NCBI GenBank assembly: GCA_017511805.1
Contig: JAFWJA010000015.1
Span: 3,098-67,097, forward strand
Direction of reading: 5' to 3'
From: Bacilli bacterium
Lineage (GTDB): Bacteria; Bacillota_I; Bacilli_A; RF39; UBA660
DNA: 64,000 bases
The notes below the pieces were generated by a model. It worked only from the letters and a program-made list of their open reading frames with translations. It did not search any database and was not told the DNA's origin. Below are positions 58,087 through 64,000 of the stretch, piece after piece. The translations under genes were made by a program, and so were the position numbers. Each line of letters opens with the position of its first letter. The stretch's first letter is position 1.

Positions 58087-59232
58087 ATGGAACCTAATCA
58101 AAAAGACTTATTTGTTATGAAATTGATTCATTATTTTATGACAAAGAAGAATTATTCACCAATTATTATTAAAGGTATAGATAATGAAGTTTGGTTAGAA
58201 AATCCTAAAGAAGAATTTAGGATAGTTAGAATAATTACTAAAAGTATATATAATGAAGAACAATTTGAATTTGATGTTTATAAAATGAAAAATATTATAA
58301 GTCAAATTAAAAAGAAAACATTTAATCCTTTTGTAGATGTATTAACTATATATACTAAAATAGGTGATAATTTTAGTGCAGATATAGAAGATAATAAAAA
58401 GTATAAATATGTAGTTGCTTCTTCAGAAGAAGAACTTTATAACAATGAATTAATTAAAAAATATTATAAAGATATAGAAGATAGTATGAGATTTGATGAA
58501 GAAGGTTTTAGCCTTCTAGGTAAAATAGCAACAGATATTGGTAAAAAGAATATTGAAGAGAATGTGAGGTATAATGATATGTTTAAACCTAGTAAACCAA
58601 TAGTTACTTATATATTGATAGCAATTAATATAATAGTATTTGTTTTAATGTATATATTTGGAAAAGGTAGTGAAGATAATGAAACCTTAATTAATTTTGG
58701 AGCAATAGTACCTTCACTTGTACATTCTGGAGAGTATTATAGATTAATTACTAATGCATTTTTACATATTGGAATAATGCACTTAGTATTTAATATGTAT
58801 TCGTTATTTGTTTTAGGACCTAATATAGAGCATTTATTTGGTAAAGGTAAATATATATGTATATATTTATTTAGTGCTATAATGGGATCATTATTTGCAT
58901 TAGTATTCCAAGGCCCTAATACAATAACAGCAGGAGCATCAGGAGCTATATTTGGTTTACTTGGATCATTATTATATTTTGGATATAACTTTAAAGGTTA
59001 TCTAGGAAATAGATTATTAAATCAAATATTACCAGTTGTTATAGTAAACTTAATTATAAGTTTTACAATGCCTGGTATAAGTGCAGCAGCACATATTGGT
59101 GGACTTCTTGGAGGAGCATCAGTATCATTTATGTTAGGAGCAGGTAGAGATGATAAATCTAGTAGAATAACAGGTTTAATAATGACTTTAGTCTTAACTG
59201 GATTTATGATATATATGGCATTCTTTAAATAA
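58087..59232 (+). CDS. rhomboid family intramembrane serine protease with cytoplasmic N-terminal domain
   Basis: C-terminal 6 TM with GASGAIFGLLG (Ser) and AHIGGLLGG (His) rhomboid motifs. Confidence 0.75.
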   Translation: MEPNQKDLFVMKLIHYFMTKKNYSPIIIKGIDNEVWLENPKEEFRIVRIITKSIYNEEQFEFDVYKMKNIISQIKKKTFNPFVDVLTIYTKIGDNFSADIEDNKKYKYVVASSEEELYNNELIKKYYKDIEDSMRFDEEGFSLLGKIATDIGKKNIEENVRYNDMFKPSKPIVTYILIAINIIVFVLMYIFGKGSEDNETLINFGAIVPSLVHSGEYYRLITNAFLHIGIMHLVFNMYSLFVLGPNIEHLFGKGKYICIYLFSAIMGSLFALVFQGPNTITAGASGAIFGLLGSLLYFGYNFKGYLGNRLLNQILPVVIVNLIISFTMPGISAAAHIGGLLGGASVSFMLGAGRDDKSSRITGLIMTLVLTGFMIYMAFFK

Positions 59233-59260
59233 AAAAATCCTTAATTATTAAGGATTTTTT
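59233..59260. terminator. bidirectional terminator between rhomboid gene and rnhC
   Basis: A5-TCCTTAA-tta-TTAAGGA-T6. Confidence 0.7.
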
Positions 59261-60170
59261 CTGTGTTCTTAAAATTAACTTTAGCTATTTTATTTAATAC
59301 ATCTTTACCATATTTATTTACTAATTTTTTACCTTCATCATCAACTACAGTACTAGCACCAAGTGGTAAAACTGTATTATATTTTTTACCAAGTTTATCC
59401 ATTTCGTTAATAAACTTATATCTACTTATTATTGATGAACAACCTACTGATAAACATTTATCTTCAGCTTTAGTAGTAAATGTTATTTTTCTAAATACAT
59501 TCTCTCCAACATCTTTTAAATAACCAAAATAGTTTCTAGCTGGAGTAAATTGATCCATTACAACCATATCATATGAAAAGTTACCTTGTTTTAATAAACC
59601 TAGTATTGCTCTATTATGAAGTATAGATTTAATCTTATTCATATTATACCCTTTAGCTTGCCAGTTATTATATTCTTCATTGCCTAAAATAAATGTTGAG
59701 TGAGGAATTTTTTCTATTAGAGTAGGAGCAATCTTCATAATTTTATCATCAGTTACTTTCTTTGAATCTCTAACACCTAATTCTTCTAAGAAAGTAATAT
59801 CACTTTTACTAACAAAAGACGCAGTTACTATAATAGGTCCAAAGTAATCACCAGTACCAACTTCATCAGAACCAATTGAACTAATGAAATAGTAATCTGT
59901 ATTATCTTCAGGTTCTTCCTTTTTTTTCTTTTCTTTTTCTTCTGGGAATGAACCAGTTAATATTTTTTCAGTTTCTTTCCAAAACTCTGCATCTATATCA
60001 GCTGATACTCCTTGAAATACAACTTTACCTGATTCATATAGAGTAACAACTGTATCTTCCTCATCAGCTTGAAATATAGCATATTGAGGAGTTTTATCTC
60101 TTTTTAAATCTTGAAAGTGTTCAATCATTTTTTCTTTAGTCGCATCACTAACTTTAAACGAAATAGTCAT
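59241..60170 (-). CDS. rnhC: ribonuclease HIII
   Basis: N-terminal TBP-like domain (VTLYESGKVVFQG) plus RNase HII/HIII fold with DEVGTGDYFGP; GGTGA RBS before ATG at 60170 (track start 60179 is GTG). Confidence 0.75.
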   Translation of the reverse strand: MTISFKVSDATKEKMIEHFQDLKRDKTPQYAIFQADEEDTVVTLYESGKVVFQGVSADIDAEFWKETEKILTGSFPEEKEKKKKEEPEDNTDYYFISSIGSDEVGTGDYFGPIIVTASFVSKSDITFLEELGVRDSKKVTDDKIMKIAPTLIEKIPHSTFILGNEEYNNWQAKGYNMNKIKSILHNRAILGLLKQGNFSYDMVVMDQFTPARNYFGYLKDVGENVFRKITFTTKAEDKCLSVGCSSIISRYKFINEMDKLGKKYNTVLPLGASTVVDDEGKKLVNKYGKDVLNKIAKVNFKNTEKILNN

Positions 60171-60252
60171 AATAATCACCTATAAATATTTTATCATATA
60201 ATCTTTCTTTTTTAAAAAAAATATAATATAATTTAATTAATAGGAGGGTAAT

Positions 60253-60948
60253 ATGACAATAGTTGATATTATTATAATTATACTTTTAGCACTAGGTTTT
60301 CTAGCAGGTTTTAGAAGAGGCGCAATTAAACAAGGTGTTATGACTGCAGGTATGTTTCTTGTAGTTACATTAGCATTTGTGTTTAAAAATTCTTTATCAA
60401 TCGTTCTTTATAAGCATTGTCCATTTTTTTCATTTGGTATATTAAAGAATTATTCAATGTTAAATGTATTACTATATGAAGTAATATCGTTCTTTATACT
60501 AGTTTCTATATTTGCATTAATACTTGGTATAGTATTAAAAGTAAGCGGTTTAGTAGAAAGATTTGTAAGAGCGACAGTTATTCTTGCTTTACCATCAAAA
60601 ATAATAGGTGGAATAATAGGTATAGTAGAAATGTTAATAATTGTTTATAATGTATTATTTATAATCAATATGCCATTCTTCTCAATAAGTTCAACTAAAA
60701 TGGTAAAAGATTCTACTCTAAAAGATAAAATATTAAATAATACTATTCTTATTTCTCATTTAAGTAATGGAGTAAATAAGAGTGTAGAAGAAGTAACTAC
60801 ATTACTAGATAAAGATGAAAAAATAGGCACAGAGGAATTTAATTGTAAATCATTACAAATATTCTTAAAAAATGAAATAGTTAGTAAAGATTCAGTTAAT
60901 TATTTAAAAGAAAAAAACAAAATAGATAATAGTTGTAAATTAGAATAA
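60253..60948 (+). CDS. cvpA: CvpA-family membrane protein
   Basis: MTIVDIIIIILLALGFLAGFRRG N-terminus typical of CvpA/colicin V production family. Confidence 0.6.
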   Translation: MTIVDIIIIILLALGFLAGFRRGAIKQGVMTAGMFLVVTLAFVFKNSLSIVLYKHCPFFSFGILKNYSMLNVLLYEVISFFILVSIFALILGIVLKVSGLVERFVRATVILALPSKIIGGIIGIVEMLIIVYNVLFIINMPFFSISSTKMVKDSTLKDKILNNTILISHLSNGVNKSVEEVTTLLDKDEKIGTEEFNCKSLQIFLKNEIVSKDSVNYLKEKNKIDNSCKLE

Positions 60949-60976
60949 AAAAACCAATTAATTATTGGTTTTTTTG
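60949..60976 (+). terminator. rho-independent terminator
   Basis: AAACCAAT-taatt-ATTGGTTT + T5. Confidence 0.7.
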
Positions 60977-60983
60977 ATATAAT
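60975..60983 (+). promoter_or_regulatory. extended -10 TGATATAAT abutting terminator, upstream of giant ORF
   Basis: TGnTATAAT; GGTGA RBS at 60991, ATG 61001. Confidence 0.4.
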
Positions 60984-61000
60984 GAAGATAGGTGAAGTAT

Positions 61001-64000
61001 ATGATAGAACTAATAAAACAAAGATTTGAAGAAGGATACTATTTAACAAATGAGATTACTAAAGAAGAAGCATTTTATATTACAAATAACAAAGAATTAT
61101 TTAATACATTTGTAGATGCTTTTATTGAAAAAAGAATAGACTATAATATTGATTTTTCTTTAGGTAGTGAATTAGAAAAAGAATTGGCAAAAAGATTTAA
61201 TAGAAAATCACAAGAAGAAATATTATCTATTGTTTTAGAATTAGTAAAAAAAGATATTATTAGTCATAGATTTCATATGAAGTATTTATATGATTATTCA
61301 AATGATTTTGGGTTAGAAGAAGAGACATATAATAGAATTCTAGATTCACTTAGTGATTTATTCAAAGAAGTAGGTGAAGTAAGAACTGTTGCGTTTGATG
61401 AGGATTTAATTAATTTTATAATTAATTCTAAGAATTATGATTTATTAAAATATGTTGGTATTCAAGATTATGATATTAATCAATTAACTAATCCATTAAA
61501 AGGAAATTTAACAACTTTAATGAGTGAATTAGGTATTTATACCATTTCTCATTACCATATTTATAATCAAGGAGATAGGCCTCATGTAACTAGTGATAAT
61601 TTTTTTGAGTATTTAGAAAGTGTTAAAGATTCTAATAATGATAATTTCTCTAGATATTTCTTTTCTTTTAGTTTTGTAGATGATACTTATATTGACAAAG
61701 TAATTGAAAATGGATATGGTTTATATTTATTTTTAGAAGATCAGGAATTAACAGAAGAAAATATTGCTAAAATAAAAGAGGCTTTAGCAAAAGGTAATAA
61801 TAAGGTTACTAAATTATATACTTTATGCGATCTTGAAAAAATAGATAAAGAAATATTCGATTACATTATTAATAATTGTAAAATTTATAAAATTAATTAC
61901 AATATGCTTTCGTTTGATGATAGTGATAAAGAAAAAAAAGAATTATGCAGTAAATTAATAGAAAAACAACTTGATATGGATATTTATGGATTAGAATATG
62001 ATAAAAACATAATAAAAGCATTTATAGAAACTAAAAATTATAAAAGACTTTCTTATGCAGTCTATAGAATTAAAGATTTATCTATGTACATGGATGAAGA
62101 GATAAATAGTATCTTAAAAGAAAAACATGATCCATATATGTATTATTTATTATTTAATCATTATAGAATAAAAAAAATAGAAGAATTAAATTTTTATACT
62201 CCTATATTAGATGATCCTACATTCTTTTCTGCGTTTATGAAAAAAGTATCTAATACTCGAATTATTAATAATATTGTAACAGATGATTATTATGAAAGTA
62301 TAAAACATATTTTAAGTAATAACTATCATATTGATATTGAAAAGATGGACTATCTAGAAAAACAATTTGGTCCACTAATAATTTGTCATTTAGAAGAAGA
62401 AAATATTAAAAGAATTCTTAGTTTAGATATTGAAACTATAAAGAAAATAGCAGATTTATTTCCAAAAGGAGAGTTTTTATTAACTGACGCTAAAAATCTA
62501 TATGAATCATTAAAAGAACATAGTTTTGGTAAAGAAGAAGAAAATAAAAAAGTGCAAGAAATATTTGCTAGTTTAAAAATGGCAATTAATAATAATGATA
62601 AGAAAAATATAGATTATTATAAATATCAATTAATAATGAGAATTGAAATAGCAGATTTATTAAAATTGAAAGAAAAATTACTGGTATTAATTAAAAATTG
62701 CGAAGATGCGAAAATTGATAAAAAACTAATAGATGGAATAAATCCTGAAATGAATATAATGAATTTTGTAGAGTATTTAATTGATAATCCTAATGAAAGT
62801 AATCTAGAAATGCTTAGATATATAAGTAATATAGCAGTAATGTATGAGAGAAAATTCTATTTTAATAATAGTTATTATATGAAAGAAAACAAGCTTAAGA
62901 TGCCAGAAGTAGTAAAATATCATATGGGTATATATAAAGAATTTATATCTAATTATTCAAATGAAATACTCCAAGGAGTATTAAAAAAATACAATATAAA
63001 AAGTGTTGAAGAATTATTACAAAATTTTGATAGTAATGATCCTAAATATAATTCTATAGTTGAATTATTAGTTAGAATTATGATAAATACAATAAGAGAA
63101 AAATTGCCTATTGGTTATTCTATGTATGATGAAATGCATTTATCATATGATTTAAATGAAAGAAAAGCTAATAATGAATTAGAAAAGTATTATTTAGCTA
63201 ATCCTACAAAAAGTATAGAAGAAAAAATAAAAGAAAGATTAACTGCTGAAGGATTAAGTATAGAATTAATTGAAAAATTATTAAAATGTTATAAAAATAG
63301 TGATTTTTCGTCTTTAGAAAATTCTGAAATACAATATATTAAAACGTTTACAAAAATAAGTTTTGATGTAATAAGAGAAGAAATAAAATCAGGTAAGGTA
63401 GATACTAAAAAAATTACACAAAAATTAGATATTGAAAGAAAAATAGAAAGAAAATTTAAAGGCAGTAAGGATGTAGATATATTTTTAATACTACAAAATT
63501 TAGATATAGATTTATTATTAAATGGTGTTTTAGCGGATGATAAATTATATAATTCACTTTTGGAAATAATGAAAGTAAAGAAGATTCATTTATTTGATAA
63601 TAGAATATTTAATTATATAACATCATCAAATTTAGGATTAGTAATTAGTCCTACTACAATAGCTGATTTTATAAACTATTATTATAAAATAATGGAAGAA
63701 TCTAAATCTGCTACAAATCCACTAGATAGTACACCTGAAATTATTAAATTCTTTGATTATTTTGAAATACTAAATCAAGCTAATTCATTCACAGCTAGTT
63801 CAAATATGTATAATATTATTTTTGGTGATGTAGATGCTAGATTAATAAAAGCGGATCCAGGTTCTTTATCTTCAGGATTAGAATCAAGTGTTAGATTTGA
63901 TATAGCAGTAGATGATATCATTAAAAGTTATAAAAAAACTGAATTAGCAATACCATCTTGTGATAAAGTAGTTCCACTTTCTTCAAAAAAGAGTATTGAG
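61001..64000 (+). CDS. very large hypothetical protein (>=1000 aa, continues beyond window), K/E/N/I-rich, no recognisable domain
   Basis: Manual reading of frame from ATG 61001 shows no stop to window end; not in ORF track because no stop in window. Confidence 0.55.
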   Translation, partial: MIELIKQRFEEGYYLTNEITKEEAFYITNNKELFNTFVDAFIEKRIDYNIDFSLGSELEKELAKRFNRKSQEEILSIVLELVKKDIISHRFHMKYLYDYSNDFGLEEETYNRILDSLSDLFKEVGEVRTVAFDEDLINFIINSKNYDLLKYVGIQDYDINQLTNPLKGNLTTLMSELGIYTISHYHIYNQGDRPHVTSDNFFEYLESVKDSNNDNFSRYFFSFSFVDDTYIDKVIENGYGLYLFLEDQELTEENIAKIKEALAKGNNKVTKLYTLCDLEKIDKEIFDYIINNCKIYKINYNMLSFDDSDKEKKELCSKLIEKQLDMDIYGLEYDKNIIKAFIETKNYKRLSYAVYRIKDLSMYMDEEINSILKEKHDPYMYYLLFNHYRIKKIEELNFYTPILDDPTFFSAFMKKVSNTRIINNIVTDDYYESIKHILSNNYHIDIEKMDYLEKQFGPLIICHLEEENIKRILSLDIETIKKIADLFPKGEFLLTDAKNLYESLKEHSFGKEEENKKVQEIFASLKMAINNNDKKNIDYYKYQLIMRIEIADLLKLKEKLLVLIKNCEDAKIDKKLIDGINPEMNIMNFVEYLIDNPNESNLEMLRYISNIAVMYERKFYFNNSYYMKENKLKMPEVVKYHMGIYKEFISNYSNEILQGVLKKYNIKSVEELLQNFDSNDPKYNSIVELLVRIMINTIREKLPIGYSMYDEMHLSYDLNERKANNELEKYYLANPTKSIEEKIKERLTAEGLSIELIEKLLKCYKNSDFSSLENSEIQYIKTFTKISFDVIREEIKSGKVDTKKITQKLDIERKIERKFKGSKDVDIFLILQNLDIDLLLNGVLADDKLYNSLLEIMKVKKIHLFDNRIFNYITSSNLGLVISPTTIADFINYYYKIMEESKSATNPLDSTPEIIKFFDYFEILNQANSFTASSNMYNIIFGDVDARLIKADPGSLSSGLESSVRFDIAVDDIIKSYKKTELAIPSCDKVVPLSSKKSIE

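Noticed and set aside
1-64000. CRISPR arrays, tRNA/rRNA genes, IS elements, prophage or integrase genes
   Set aside because: No short regularly spaced direct repeats and no cloverleaf-like GC-rich ~75-nt islands in intergenic regions. No transposase, integrase or recombinase-like ORFs. The only repeats are coding CWB repeats.

Overview
This is a very AT-rich (~26-28% GC) window from a spore-forming Firmicute (Clostridia-like), almost entirely + strand. It reads as core chromosome plus cell-envelope accessory loci. I found no rRNA, tRNA, CRISPR, transposase, integrase or phage genes.

Recognisable housekeeping genes:
- leuS behind a T-box leader.
- parE-parC (topoisomerase IV, not gyrase).
- rsmD, spoIIGA-sigE, lspA-rluD, a rhomboid protease, rnhC and cvpA.
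- a CDF metal exporter, gpx, an iron-sulfur flavoprotein and a 2H phosphoesterase.

Accessory content:
- Two paralogous GH25 muramidases with clostridial cell-wall-binding repeats. The first contains long, near-perfect internal DNA direct repeats.
- A ~21 kb cell-wall glycopolymer region (22.8-43.6 kb). It encodes an LtaS-like enzyme, GtrB and GtrA, glf, ugd, at least 7 glycosyltransferases, both a Wzx flippase and a Wzm/Wzt ABC exporter, DUF2304, DUF4422, DUF2142 and DUF616-like proteins, and four acyltransferase-3 genes.
- Large surface proteins, one with a beta-helix, a Flg_new repeat and an NPVTG sorting signal.

The most unusual stretch is 9.9-18.1 kb. It holds a 6-gene operon opening with a stand-alone TfoX-N protein and ending with a truncated, active-site-degenerate inorganic-pyrophosphatase homologue. 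Next comes a pair of Zn-ribbon/TM-anchored proteins, one carrying a clostripain (C11) cysteine-protease ectodomain. Last is a ClpX paralogue that lacks the ClpX zinc-binding domain and has a novel acidic N-domain. It keeps the GYVG pore loop and an MGF (IGF-like) ClpP-docking loop, and is followed by a small partner gene and a lipoprotein.

The window ends in an incomplete ORF of at least 1000 aa with no recognisable domain. The ORF-track starts often use in-frame TTG/GTG codons upstream of the real start. I re-set starts on ATG plus RBS where that was clear.
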